In this document: positions 8,013 through 16,739 of the stretch, one piece after another | How positions within the stretch are numbered: the stretch's first letter is position 1 | Layout of the letters: each line of letters begins with the position of its first letter | Source of the DNA: a virus | Virus genome (UHGV): UHGV-1738141 | Length of the DNA stretch: 21,416 nt | Strand: one strand, 5' to 3' | Program-made: the position numbers and the translations under genes | The notes under the pieces: generated by a model | Told to the model about the DNA's origin: nothing | The model's database searches: none | Seen by the model: the letters and a program-made list of their open reading frames with translations, nothing else

Positions 8013-9242
8013 ATGAAACTGCATGAACTGAAACAGAAACGTAATACTATCGCAACTGACATGCGTGCCCTGAATGAAAAAATTGGTGATAACGCATGGA
8101 CGGAAGAGCAGCGCACTGAGTGGAACAAAGCAAAATCCGAACTGGAAGCGCTTGATGAACGAATTGCACGCGAAGAAGAACTGCGTCGTCAGGATCAGGC
8201 GTACATTGAAAGCAATGAGGAAGAGCAGCGTCAGAATCTTGATCCGGAAAACAATCCGCAACAGGATGAGAAACGAGCTCAGGTTTTTGATAAGTGGATG
8301 CGTCACGGTGCCAGTGAGCTGACATCAGAAGAACGAAAGGCGTTGCGTGAACTTCGTGCCCAGGGCGTAGCTCAGGATGAAAAGGGCGGATATACCGTAC
8401 CAGAAACATTCCTGGCGAAAGTTGTTGAGAAGATGAAGTCCTACGGTGGCATCGCCAGTGTGGCGCAGATTCTTACCACTTCTGACGGTCGCACTATGGA
8501 GTGGGCAACAGCTGATGGTACTTCCGAAGTTGGTGTTCTGCTGGGCGAAAATGAAGAAGCCGGTGAAGAAGACACCGATTTCGGTATGGGAAGTCTTGGG
8601 GCGCTCAAAATGACATCGAAAATCATTCGTGTGTCTAATGAGTTGCTGCAGGACAGCGCGATCGATATGGAAGCTTATCTTGCCCGTCGTATTGCTGAAC
8701 GTATTGGTCGTGGTGAAGCCCGTTATCTGATTCAGGGAACTGGTGCTGGTACGCCTAAACAACCCAAAGGGCTGGTCGCATCTGTGACCGGCACAACACA
8801 GACTGCCGCGGCAAATACGGTGAAGTGGCAGGAAATTCTGGCTCTGAAACACAGCATTGATCCTGCATATCGTCGCGGGCCGAAATTCCGCCTGGCGTTT
8901 AACGATAATACGCTGAAACTGATCAGTGAGATGGAAGACGGTCAGGGACGCCCTTTATGGTTGCCGGATATTGTTGGTGTGGCACCTGCTTCAGTGTTGA
9001 ATGTACCGTATGTCATTGATCAGGAAATTGATGATATCGGGGCGGGTAAAAAATTCATGTTCTGTGGTGACTTTGATCGCTTCATTATCCGTCGTGTGCG
9101 ATACATGATTCTTAAACGTCTGGTTGAGCGTTACGCGGAATATGATCAGACCGGTTTTCTGGCCTTCCATCGTTTTGACTGTATCCTGGAAGACACCTCT
9201 GCCATTAAAGCGCTGGTGGGGAAAGGTAGCGTTGGTGGTTGA
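8013..9242 (+). CDS. Major capsid protein, HK97 fold, with N-terminal coiled-coil delta (scaffolding) domain
   Basis: 409 aa. The first ~100 aa are charged and coiled-coil-like (ELKQKRNTIATDMRALNEKI...EELRRQDQAY), as in HK97 gp5. No separate scaffold gene lies between protease and capsid. Confidence 0.9.
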   Translation: MKLHELKQKRNTIATDMRALNEKIGDNAWTEEQRTEWNKAKSELEALDERIAREEELRRQDQAYIESNEEEQRQNLDPENNPQQDEKRAQVFDKWMRHGASELTSEERKALRELRAQGVAQDEKGGYTVPETFLAKVVEKMKSYGGIASVAQILTTSDGRTMEWATADGTSEVGVLLGENEEAGEEDTDFGMGSLGALKMTSKIIRVSNELLQDSAIDMEAYLARRIAERIGRGEARYLIQGTGAGTPKQPKGLVASVTGTTQTAAANTVKWQEILALKHSIDPAYRRGPKFRLAFNDNTLKLISEMEDGQGRPLWLPDIVGVAPASVLNVPYVIDQEIDDIGAGKKFMFCGDFDRFIIRRVRYMILKRLVERYAEYDQTGFLAFHRFDCILEDTSAIKALVGKGSVGG

Positions 9243-9263
9243 TTAGTCTTTTTACGTAATACA

Positions 9264-9310
9264 GCACGCCGCGTAATGCGGTTTTTTTGTGCCCGCGTTC
9301 TGGCGGGCAC
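9264..9310 (+). terminator. Tandem hairpins after the capsid gene: terminator-like stem with T-run, then a perfect 8-bp stem abutting the next RBS
   Basis: ccgc-gtaat-gcgg followed by ttttttt (9269-9288); then gtgcccgc-gttctg-gcgggcac (9288-9309) ending 2 nt before the aggagg RBS at 9311. Confidence 0.45.
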
Positions 9311-9320
9311 AGGAGGTTTT

Positions 9321-9644
9321 ATGCTGTTAAAAATGGAAGAGATTAAGCTTCAGCTCCGTCTGGATGATGATTTCTCTGATGAAGATGAGTTGCTTGAACT
9401 GCTTGGTAAGGCCGCTCAGAGTCGTACGGAAAACTTCCTTAACCGTAAGTTGTATGCAACCGCAGATGACAGGCCTGCGGATGATCCTGATGGGCTTGTG
9501 ATATCTGATGATGTGAAGCTGGCGCTTCTGCTACTTGTCAGCCATTTCTACGAAAACCGCTCAACGGTTACAGACGTTGAGAAAATGGAGTTGCCAATGA
9601 GTTTTAACTGGTTGGTTGTTCCTTATCGCCTTATACCACTATGA
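9321..9644 (+). CDS. Head-tail connector protein (gp6-like)
   Basis: Start at ATG 9321 after aggagg RBS; track ORF begins at 9276 inside the terminator. Acidic ~107 aa protein with LKLQLRLDDD...DELLELL pattern typical of gp6-like head-tail connector proteins. Confidence 0.65.
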   Translation: MLLKMEEIKLQLRLDDDFSDEDELLELLGKAAQSRTENFLNRKLYATADDRPADDPDGLVISDDVKLALLLLVSHFYENRSTVTDVEKMELPMSFNWLVVPYRLIPL

Positions 9645-10051
9645 AAATTCGTCAGGCGCAGACCAGCGCAACCTACATTCTGCCGGACCCCGGCGAACTG
9701 AATAAACGCGTCCTGATCCGCCAGCGGGTGGATATGCCCGCGGATAACTTTGGCGTGGAGCCTCAATACCCGGTTGCGTTCCGGGCATGGGCGAAGGTTA
9801 TCCAGACCAGTGCCACCACCTGGCAGGAAACCGCGCAGACCGGAGACGCCATCACCCATTACATCACCATTCGTTACCGCCGGGGGATCACCGCTGATTA
9901 TGAGGTGGTCTGCGGTGACAGTGTGTACCGGGTGAAACGTCAGCGCGATCTGAACGGAGCGCGGCGCTTTCTGCTGCTGGAGTGTACGGAGCTGGGCGAA
10001 TGTAGGCAGAGTCACGGAGGCAACAATGACGACTTCCTTTTTGCACGTTGA
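9641..10051 (+). CDS. Head-tail adaptor / head closure protein
   Basis: 136 aa, ATGA overlap with the preceding gene; position and size match head-tail joining proteins of HK97/SPP1-type modules. Confidence 0.55.
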   Translation: MKIRQAQTSATYILPDPGELNKRVLIRQRVDMPADNFGVEPQYPVAFRAWAKVIQTSATTWQETAQTGDAITHYITIRYRRGITADYEVVCGDSVYRVKRQRDLNGARRFLLLECTELGECRQSHGGNNDDFLFAR

Positions 10052-10532
10052 TTTTCAGCAGCCCGCGGAGATGCGCTTTAACCGCGCCCATGTCCGGCGG
10101 GCGTTTGTCACGATTGGTCAGCGTCATATGCGTGATGCCCGTCGGCTGGTGATGCGCCGTGCGCGGTCGGCACCGGGTGAAAACCCCGGTTATCAGACCG
10201 GACGCCTGGCTCGCTCAATTGGTTACATGGTACCCAGAGCCAGTAAACATCGCCCTGGTTTTATGGCACGTATAGCCCCTAACCAGCGTAATGGAGAGGG
10301 AAACCGCCGTATCACCGGTGATTTTTATCCGGCTTTTTTGTTCTATGGCGTGAGGCGAGGGGCAAAGCGTCGTCGCGGCCATCATCGTGGTGCATCCGGT
10401 GGCAGCGGCTGGCGACTGGCTCCACGTAATAACTTCATGGTGGAAACTCTTGAAAAGAACCGCAGCTGGACACGCTATTTTCTGGCGCGGGAATTGCGTA
10501 AATCACTGAAGCCGGAGCGACGACACAGATGA
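10026..10532 (+). CDS. Tail/neck component, Arg-rich (HK97 gp10-like or Mu gp36-like)
   Basis: 168 aa basic protein with ggagg RBS at 10015-10019; position between adaptor and tail terminator-like gene. Family not resolved. Confidence 0.45.
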   Translation: MTTSFLHVDFQQPAEMRFNRAHVRRAFVTIGQRHMRDARRLVMRRARSAPGENPGYQTGRLARSIGYMVPRASKHRPGFMARIAPNQRNGEGNRRITGDFYPAFLFYGVRRGAKRRRGHHRGASGGSGWRLAPRNNFMVETLEKNRSWTRYFLARELRKSLKPERRHR

Positions 10533-11089
10533 AACTGACGCCCGTTATTGCTGCACTGCGTGCCCGCTGTCCGTATTTTGAAAACCGGGTGGCAGGCGCG
10601 GCACAGTTCAAAAATCTGCCGGAGGTCGGAAAGCTGAGACTCCCGGCGGCGTATGTGGTACCGGGTGATGACTCTCCGGGAGAAAACAAAAGCCAGACCG
10701 ACTACTGGCAGGAGCTGAAAGAGGGCTTCTCCGTGGTTGTCATACTGAGTAACGGGCGTGATGAGCGCGGTCAGTTTGCCTCGTATGATGTGGTGGACGA
10801 TGTCCGGCAGATGCTCTTTAAGGCTCTGCTGGGCTGGAACCCGGAAGCGTGTGGTAACCCGATTACCTATGACGGCGGCACGCTGCTGGATCTGAATCGT
10901 CATGAGCTGATTTATCAGTTCGATTTTTCGGTCATCAGCGAGCTGACTGAAGACGATACCCGCCAGCAGGATGATCTGAACAGTCTGGATGAACTGCAAA
11001 CGCTGGCGATTGATGTTGATTATCTCGAGCCCGGTAACGGGCCTGACGGCGATATCGAACATCACACCGAAATAACCCTTCCTTCCTGA
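10529..11089 (+). CDS. Putative tail completion / tail terminator protein (Mu gp37-like)
   Basis: 186 aa, ATGA overlap with the preceding gene; position immediately upstream of the sheath module. Assignment is by synteny. Confidence 0.45.
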   Translation: MKLTPVIAALRARCPYFENRVAGAAQFKNLPEVGKLRLPAAYVVPGDDSPGENKSQTDYWQELKEGFSVVVILSNGRDERGQFASYDVVDDVRQMLFKALLGWNPEACGNPITYDGGTLLDLNRHELIYQFDFSVISELTEDDTRQQDDLNSLDELQTLAIDVDYLEPGNGPDGDIEHHTEITLPS

Positions 11090-11097
11090 GGATCCTC

Positions 11098-11268
11098 ATG
11101 TTTGTCAAACCTGTTAAAGGGCGGTCAGTGCCTGACCCTGCCCGCGGCGACCTTTTGCCCGCCGAAGGGCGAAATGTTGACGAGAACAACTACTGGCTGC
11201 GCCGTGAAGCAGCGGGTGATATCCGGCGCGTGAATAAAAAGGTGAATACCGATGACGATAAGCTTTAA
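11098..11268 (+). CDS. Small conserved protein (56 aa), DUF2635-like, absent from the ORF track
   Basis: My translation: MFVKPVKGRSVPDPARGDLLPAEGRNVDENNYWLRREAAGDIRRVNKKVNTDDDKL. gagga RBS at 11088-11092; overlaps the sheath start. The KP..G..V.DP.....LPAEG....E..YW.RR...GD pattern matches small proteins I recall upstream of Mu-type sheath genes. Confidence 0.45.
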   Translation: MFVKPVKGRSVPDPARGDLLPAEGRNVDENNYWLRREAAGDIRRVNKKVNTDDDKL

Positions 11269-12748
11269 CACCATTCCGTCGAATACGCTGGTTCCGTTGT
11301 TTTATGCGGAAATGGATAACCAGGCGGCGAATACTGCACAGGACAGCGGAGCATCGCTGCTGATTGGTCATGCCAATAACGGTGCAGAGATTGTTGCCAA
11401 CAGTCTGGTACTGATGCCGTCGGCAGACTATGCACGCCAGATTTGTGGTGCGGGAAGTCAGCTGGCGCGTATGGTCGAGGCTTATCGCCAGACCGACCCG
11501 TTTGGCGAGCTGTATGTGATTGCCGTTCCTGAATCCACAGGCGCGGCGGCAACAGTTACGCTGACGGTGACCGGGGCAGCAACCGAAACCGGCACGGTGA
11601 ATGTTTATGTGGGACGTACCCGCGTGCAGGCACCGGTGACCAACGGCGATAACGTCGCGACGATTGCCAGCAGTATCAAAGATGCCATCAATGCCGTTCC
11701 GGCCCTGCCGTTTACGGCCTCATCTTCGGCTGGTGTGGTTACATTGACCGCTCGCCATAAGGGGCTTTGCGGGAATGAAATTCCTGTCAGCCTCAATTAC
11801 TACGGCTTCGGTGGGGGCGAAGTGCTGCCAGCGGGCGTACAGATTGCCGTGGCGACGGGGACCGCCGGAACGGGCGCTCCGGTTCTCACCGGCGCGGTGG
11901 CTGCAATGGCGGATGAGCCGTTTGATTATATCGGTCTGCCGTTCAACGACACGGCCTCTGTTAACACGCTGGTGACCGAGATGAACGATACCAGCGGTCG
12001 CTGGAGCTATGCGCGTCAGCTGTATGGTCATGTGTATACGGCAAAGGCCGGCACACTGTCAGAACTGGTGAACGCAGGTGACCAGTTTAACCAGCAGCAC
12101 ATCACCCTGGCGGGGTACGAAAAAGAGACCCAGACGCCTGCCGACGAGCTGGCAGCCAGCCGTACCGCCCGCGCAGCGGTGTTTATCCGCAACGATCCGG
12201 CACGTCCCACGCAGACCGGTGAGATGGTGGGTATGCTGCCTGCGCCGAAGGGGAAACGGTTCACGATGACCGAACAACAGACCCTGCTGTCTCATGGCGT
12301 GGCAACGGCGTATGTCGAAAGCGGGGTACTGCGCATTCAGCGTGATGTCACCACGTACAGGAAAAACGCTTACGGGGTTGCGGATAACAGCTACCTCGAC
12401 AGTGAGACACTGCATACCAGCGCGTATGTACTGCGCAAACTGAAATCCGTCATTACCAGTAAGTACGGGCGTCACAAGCTTGCCAGTGACGGTACCCGCT
12501 TTGGTCCCGGTCAGGCGATTGTCACCCCGGCGGTGATCAAAGGGGAACTGCTGGCAACCTACCGTCAGCTTGAGCGTGCGGGGATCGTGGAAAACTACGA
12601 ACTGTTTAAGCAGTACCTGGTTGTGGAGCGTGATGCCAGCGATCCGAACCGCCTGAACACGCTGTTCCCGCCTGACTATGTTAACCAGTTGCGTGTCTTT
12701 GCCGTGGTTAACCAGTTCCGTCTTCAGTATTCAGAGGAGTCTGCATAA
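11252..12748 (+). CDS. Contractile tail sheath protein (Mu gpL-like)
   Basis: 498 aa; N-terminus MTISFNTIPSNTLVPLFYAE typical of Mu-type sheath proteins; followed directly by the tube gene. Confidence 0.85.
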   Translation: MTISFNTIPSNTLVPLFYAEMDNQAANTAQDSGASLLIGHANNGAEIVANSLVLMPSADYARQICGAGSQLARMVEAYRQTDPFGELYVIAVPESTGAAATVTLTVTGAATETGTVNVYVGRTRVQAPVTNGDNVATIASSIKDAINAVPALPFTASSSAGVVTLTARHKGLCGNEIPVSLNYYGFGGGEVLPAGVQIAVATGTAGTGAPVLTGAVAAMADEPFDYIGLPFNDTASVNTLVTEMNDTSGRWSYARQLYGHVYTAKAGTLSELVNAGDQFNQQHITLAGYEKETQTPADELAASRTARAAVFIRNDPARPTQTGEMVGMLPAPKGKRFTMTEQQTLLSHGVATAYVESGVLRIQRDVTTYRKNAYGVADNSYLDSETLHTSAYVLRKLKSVITSKYGRHKLASDGTRFGPGQAIVTPAVIKGELLATYRQLERAGIVENYELFKQYLVVERDASDPNRLNTLFPPDYVNQLRVFAVVNQFRLQYSEESA

Positions 12749-13104
12749 TGGCCCGTATCGGGGGAACCTGTTATTTCAAAATTGACGGTCAGCAGCTATC
12801 GCTGACCGGCGGCATTGAGGTGCCCATGAACAGGACGGTCAATGATGACATCATCGGCCTGGACGGTTCAGTGGACCGCAAGGAAACTCACCGTGCGCCT
12901 TATGTCAAAGGGACCTTCAAGGTGCCGAAGAATTTTCCGGTGAACAAAATCACCTCGTCTGATGAGATGACAATCACTGCCGAGCTGGCGAACGGTCAGG
13001 TCTATGTACTGTCGTCTGCCTGGCTGCACGGCGAAGCGAACCATAATGCCGAAGAAGGCACGGTTGATCTTGAGTTCCACGGTGAAGAAGGGGATTACCA
13101 GTAA
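12748..13104 (+). CDS. Tail tube protein (Mu gpM-like)
   Basis: 118 aa; ATGA-type overlap with the sheath stop; sheath-tube gene order. Confidence 0.75.
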   Translation: MARIGGTCYFKIDGQQLSLTGGIEVPMNRTVNDDIIGLDGSVDRKETHRAPYVKGTFKVPKNFPVNKITSSDEMTITAELANGQVYVLSSAWLHGEANHNAEEGTVDLEFHGEEGDYQ

Positions 13105-13373
13105 TGAAAGAGCTTGAGTTAAAGAAACCGATTACCGCTCATGGCGAGACACTCTCCGTACTGGAGTTTGATGAGCCCACCGGGAAAGATGTCCGCGAGC
13201 TGGGATATCCCTACCAGATGAATCAGGATGAGTCCGTCAGACTTCTGGCGCATGTGGTATCGAAATACATCGTGCGGCTGGCGAAAGTGCCGCAAAGCTC
13301 TGTCGACCAGATGTCTCCGGCAGACCTGAATGCAGCGGCGTGGCTTGTGGCCGGTTTTTTCCTCCAGGCCTGA
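13104..13373 (+). CDS. Tail assembly chaperone (G-like, short form)
   Basis: 89 aa acidic protein between the tube and tape-measure genes; ends just after a slippery heptamer. Confidence 0.7.
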   Translation: MKELELKKPITAHGETLSVLEFDEPTGKDVRELGYPYQMNQDESVRLLAHVVSKYIVRLAKVPQSSVDQMSPADLNAAAWLVAGFFLQA

Positions 13374-13522
13374 CGGCTGAATACCTCACTGATCGCTTCT
13401 TTGACTGCGCCAGTTACTGGCGCATTAATCCTTTCGAATTGCTGAATATGCCGATCAGTGAAATTCCCTTACTGGTCAGTCAGGCAAACAGGATAGAGCA
13501 GGAGAAACGCACACATGGCTGA
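13104..13522 (+). CDS. Tail assembly chaperone frameshift fusion (GT-like, long form)
   Basis: Joining the 13104 ORF to the overlapping -1 frame ORF (track 13340-13522) at the slippery site gives a ~139 aa product ending 8 nt into the tape-measure gene, the conserved arrangement upstream of tape-measure genes. Confidence 0.5.
13355..13361 (+). other. Candidate -1 programmed ribosomal frameshift slippery heptamer T_TTT_TTC
   Basis: Seen in sequence: ggttttttcc, in-frame codons GGT TTT TTC, fitting X_XXY_YYZ. The -1 frame is open from here to 13522. Confidence 0.55.
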
Positions 13523-15350
13523 ATTTGAGCTTAAGGCGTTGATCACCGGTGTCGACAGGCTTTCTCCGGCGCTGTCGAAAATGCAAAAGAAAATCCGGGG
13601 ATTTAAACGCCAGGCGGAAGAAGCGTCACAGGGTGGGCTGGCGCTTGGTGGCGGACTGGCAGCGGGTCTGACGCTTTCCCTGAAATCTTATGCCGATCAG
13701 GAAAACGCCGCCACCGGGCTGAAAGTCGCCATGATGGATGCGAACGGCGAGGTTGGAAAAAGCTTTCAGGACATCAATAAATTGGCTATTGGCCTGGGTA
13801 ACCAGCTACCCGGTACAACGGCTGATTTCCAGAACATGATGCAGATGCTGGTGCGTCAGGGGATCCCAGCAGAAAACATTCTGGGTGGTGTGGGTAAAGC
13901 GACAGCTTATCTTGCGGTACAACTGAAAAAAACACCGGAATCGGCAGCCGAGTTTGCTGCAAAGATGCAGGATGCTACCGGAACGGCGTCAGAAGACATG
14001 ATGGGGCTGTTCGACACTATCCAGAAAGCGTTTTATCTGGGCGTTGACGATACCAACATGTTGTCCTTCTTCACTAAAACCAGTTCTGTTCTGAAGATGG
14101 TGAATAAGGACGGTCTTCAGGCTGCACAGAGCCTTGCCCCTATCAGCGTCATGATGGATCAGATGGGGATGAACGGGGAGTCGGCAGGTAATGCCCTGCG
14201 AAAAGTTATTCAGTCCGGATTAAGCGTTAAGAAAATCAGGGACGTCAATAAAGTCATGGCCCGCCAGAAACTCGGAGTGCAGCTCGATTTTACTGACGGC
14301 AAAGGGAGTTTTGGCGGTCTTGATAACATGTTCAGGCAACTGGCAAAGCTGCGAAAACTGACCGACGTTAAGCGAACAGGTGTACTTAAGGCAATATTTG
14401 GTGATGATGCCGAAACCCTTCAGGTGGTCAATGCACTAATCGATAAAGGAAAGGATGGCTACGATCAGATCCAGCAGAAGATGAATAAACAGGCCAGCCT
14501 GAATAAACGTGTTCAGGCCCAGCTTGGTACGCTGTCCAACCTGTGGGAGGCAATGACGGGGACCGCAACTAACGGCCTTGCGGCTATTGGCGGCGCATTT
14601 TCTGGTGACGCCAAAAATATCACGCAATGGCTGGGGGAGTTGGGGGAGAAATTCACGAAGTTTGCGGATGAAAATCCCCGGGTTATTCGCGGCGTCGTCG
14701 GGCTTGCTGCCGGTCTTGCGATTCTGAAACTGGGATTGATGGGCGTTGGCGGTGCCATCAGTATTGTCAGCAGGATCATGTCGATGACGCCGATTGGCAT
14801 GATTGCGACGGCGATAGCCCTGGCTGCGGGATTAATTATCACTAACTGGGATGTTGTCGGACCTTATTTTAAGAAACTCTGGGAAACCATTAGTCCTTAT
14901 TTTGAGGCTGGCTGGGAACTTCTGAAGAAGGTTTTTGCCTGGTCGCCGCTGGGGATGGTGATCAATAACTGGGGACCGGTTGTTAAGTGGTTTCAGGATA
15001 TGTGGGATAAGCTGAAGCCGATTATTGAATGGTTTACCGACAGTTCCGGTGACACGGTCGATGCCATTAACTCTGCGCAGTGGGGCGCGGGTGCTTATGA
15101 TGCTTATGGGACGGGAATACCGGCGCGGGGATACAAACCTTATCCGGCGGTAGATCTGGCTCAGTCAAACAACGCCTCCGGTGCCACAGGCCCAAATCCC
15201 TTCATGATTAACAAAGCTTCTGCGCCAAAAGTTGATGGTGAGATCAAGGTCTCTTTTGTGAATTCGCCTCCGGGTATGCGGGTTATGGAAACGCGATCCA
15301 GCGGTTTTGATGTCAGCCATGATGTTGGCTATACGCGCTTTGGCAGGTAA
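13515..15350 (+). CDS. Tail tape measure protein
   Basis: 611 aa, Ala/Gly/Leu-rich with hydrophobic central segments (GLAAGLAILKLGLMGVGGAISIV); position after the chaperone pair. Confidence 0.85.
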   Translation: MAEFELKALITGVDRLSPALSKMQKKIRGFKRQAEEASQGGLALGGGLAAGLTLSLKSYADQENAATGLKVAMMDANGEVGKSFQDINKLAIGLGNQLPGTTADFQNMMQMLVRQGIPAENILGGVGKATAYLAVQLKKTPESAAEFAAKMQDATGTASEDMMGLFDTIQKAFYLGVDDTNMLSFFTKTSSVLKMVNKDGLQAAQSLAPISVMMDQMGMNGESAGNALRKVIQSGLSVKKIRDVNKVMARQKLGVQLDFTDGKGSFGGLDNMFRQLAKLRKLTDVKRTGVLKAIFGDDAETLQVVNALIDKGKDGYDQIQQKMNKQASLNKRVQAQLGTLSNLWEAMTGTATNGLAAIGGAFSGDAKNITQWLGELGEKFTKFADENPRVIRGVVGLAAGLAILKLGLMGVGGAISIVSRIMSMTPIGMIATAIALAAGLIITNWDVVGPYFKKLWETISPYFEAGWELLKKVFAWSPLGMVINNWGPVVKWFQDMWDKLKPIIEWFTDSSGDTVDAINSAQWGAGAYDAYGTGIPARGYKPYPAVDLAQSNNASGATGPNPFMINKASAPKVDGEIKVSFVNSPPGMRVMETRSSGFDVSHDVGYTRFGR

Positions 15351-15373
15351 TGAAAAATTAATCTGTTAATGAG

Positions 15374-15395
15374 TCCCACTCCGGTGGGATTTTTT
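15374..15395 (+). terminator. Rho-independent terminator-like hairpin downstream of the tape-measure gene
   Basis: tcccac-tccg-gtggga perfect 6-bp stem followed by tttttt (15390-15395); 24 nt after the tape-measure stop. Confidence 0.45.
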
Positions 15396-15410
15396 ATGTA
15401 CGGAGTTTAT

Positions 15411-16739
15411 ATGACGTGGAAAGACAGACTTCAGGACGCGTCATTTCGAGGTGTGCCGTTTAAGGTTGAAGAAGAAAGTGCGGGAACCGGCCGTCGTGTG
15501 GAAACACACGAATATCCGAACCGCGACAAACCCTATACCGAAGATCTGGGAAAAGTCACTTTCCGCCCGTCCATCACAGCTTATGTGGTGGGAGATGACT
15601 GCTTTGACCAGCGCGATCGCCTGATTGAAGCGCTGAATAAACCCGGTCCCGGCACGCTTGTCCATCCGACTTACGGTGAGCTGAAAGTCTGTGTTGACGG
15701 GGAAGTTCGGGTCAGCACATCGAAAAGTGAAGGACGTATTGTCCGCTTTGACCTGAAGTTTGTCGAAGCGGGAGAACTCTCTTACCCCACATCAGGTGCG
15801 GCGACGGCGCAGACGCTGATGTCATCCTGTTCTGCACTGGATGACTGCATCAGTGACAGTTTCAGTGGTTTCAGTATCGATGGCGTGGCAGATTTTGTGC
15901 AGAACGACGTCGTCGGTAATGCCGGCACAATGCTTGGGTATATTTCTGATGCGATGAAAGTGGTGGATTCTGCCGTATCGGATGCCGCCAGGCTGTTGCA
16001 GGGGGATATCTCGGTACTTCTGCCGCCGCCATCGTCAGGCAAAAATTTCGTTGAGCTGGTGCAGAAAATGTGGCGTACCGGGAAACGCCTTTATGGTAAC
16101 GCCAGCGACCTGGTCACCATGATCAAAACGCTTTCCGGTGTCAGCCTCGGCAGCGATCTGCAACCGCGCGGCGTCTGGAAAACGGACAGTAAAACCACCG
16201 CCACGGCGACGCAGCAGCGTAACGTGGTTGCCAGCACCCTTCGTACGACCGCAATCAGCGAAGCGGCGTATGCCGTCACCCGATTGCCTGCGCCAACAAC
16301 TTCCGCGGTGATGCAGAATGCCGCAGTGGGGCAGGCAACAACACCCGCGCAGAGCACTGGCTGGCCTTCCGTCACGCATCCGGCACTGAACAATGCACCG
16401 GCGGTGAAAAACACGGTTGACCTGCCGACGTGGGAAGAACTGACTGACATTCGCGACACACTGAATACGGCAATTGATAAGGAGTTGTCCCGTACAACCA
16501 GCGATGCGCTGTTTCTGGCGCTGCGCCGGGTGAAAGCAGATCTGAATGCGGATATCAACACGCGCCTTGAACAGTCTGCACGGATCATTCAGCGCACACC
16601 GGATGAAGTTTTACCCGCGCTGGTGCTGGCGGCGACCTGGTTTGATAACGCGGCGCGTGACGCGGACATTATCCGGCGTAATGCCATTACGCATCCCGGC
16701 TTTGTGCCGGTGATCCCTCTGAAGGTGCCAGTGCAATGA
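15411..16739 (+). CDS. DNA circulation protein (Mu gpN-like)
   Basis: Start set at ATG 15411 (MTWKDRLQDASFRGVPF...) with ggag RBS at 15402-15405; track ORF begins at 15369. N-terminus resembles Mu N-family proteins; position after tape measure. Confidence 0.7.
   Translation: MTWKDRLQDASFRGVPFKVEEESAGTGRRVETHEYPNRDKPYTEDLGKVTFRPSITAYVVGDDCFDQRDRLIEALNKPGPGTLVHPTYGELKVCVDGEVRVSTSKSEGRIVRFDLKFVEAGELSYPTSGAATAQTLMSSCSALDDCISDSFSGFSIDGVADFVQNDVVGNAGTMLGYISDAMKVVDSAVSDAARLLQGDISVLLPPPSSGKNFVELVQKMWRTGKRLYGNASDLVTMIKTLSGVSLGSDLQPRGVWKTDSKTTATATQQRNVVASTLRTTAISEAAYAVTRLPAPTTSAVMQNAAVGQATTPAQSTGWPSVTHPALNNAPAVKNTVDLPTWEELTDIRDTLNTAIDKELSRTTSDALFLALRRVKADLNADINTRLEQSARIIQRTPDEVLPALVLAATWFDNAARDADIIRRNAITHPGFVPVIPLKVPVQ

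Noticed and set aside
8047-8852. Several overlapping reverse- and forward-frame ORFs within the major capsid gene
   Set aside because: The capsid frame is strongly supported (delta domain, size, synteny); the alternatives are alternate-frame artefacts.
10475-11065. Reverse-strand ORF (196 aa) spanning the tail terminator-like gene
   Set aside because: Fully overlapped by co-directional, tightly coupled forward genes (ATGA overlaps); translation has no recognisable features.
14436-14842. Reverse-strand ORFs within the tape-measure gene
   Set aside because: Antisense to the tape-measure gene; hydrophobic or Pro-rich translations mirror the Ala/Gly-rich forward sequence.
16035-16588. Reverse-strand ORFs (114 and 165 aa) inside the DNA-circulation gene
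   Set aside because: Arg/Cys-rich antisense translations within a high-GC forward gene; no start context.
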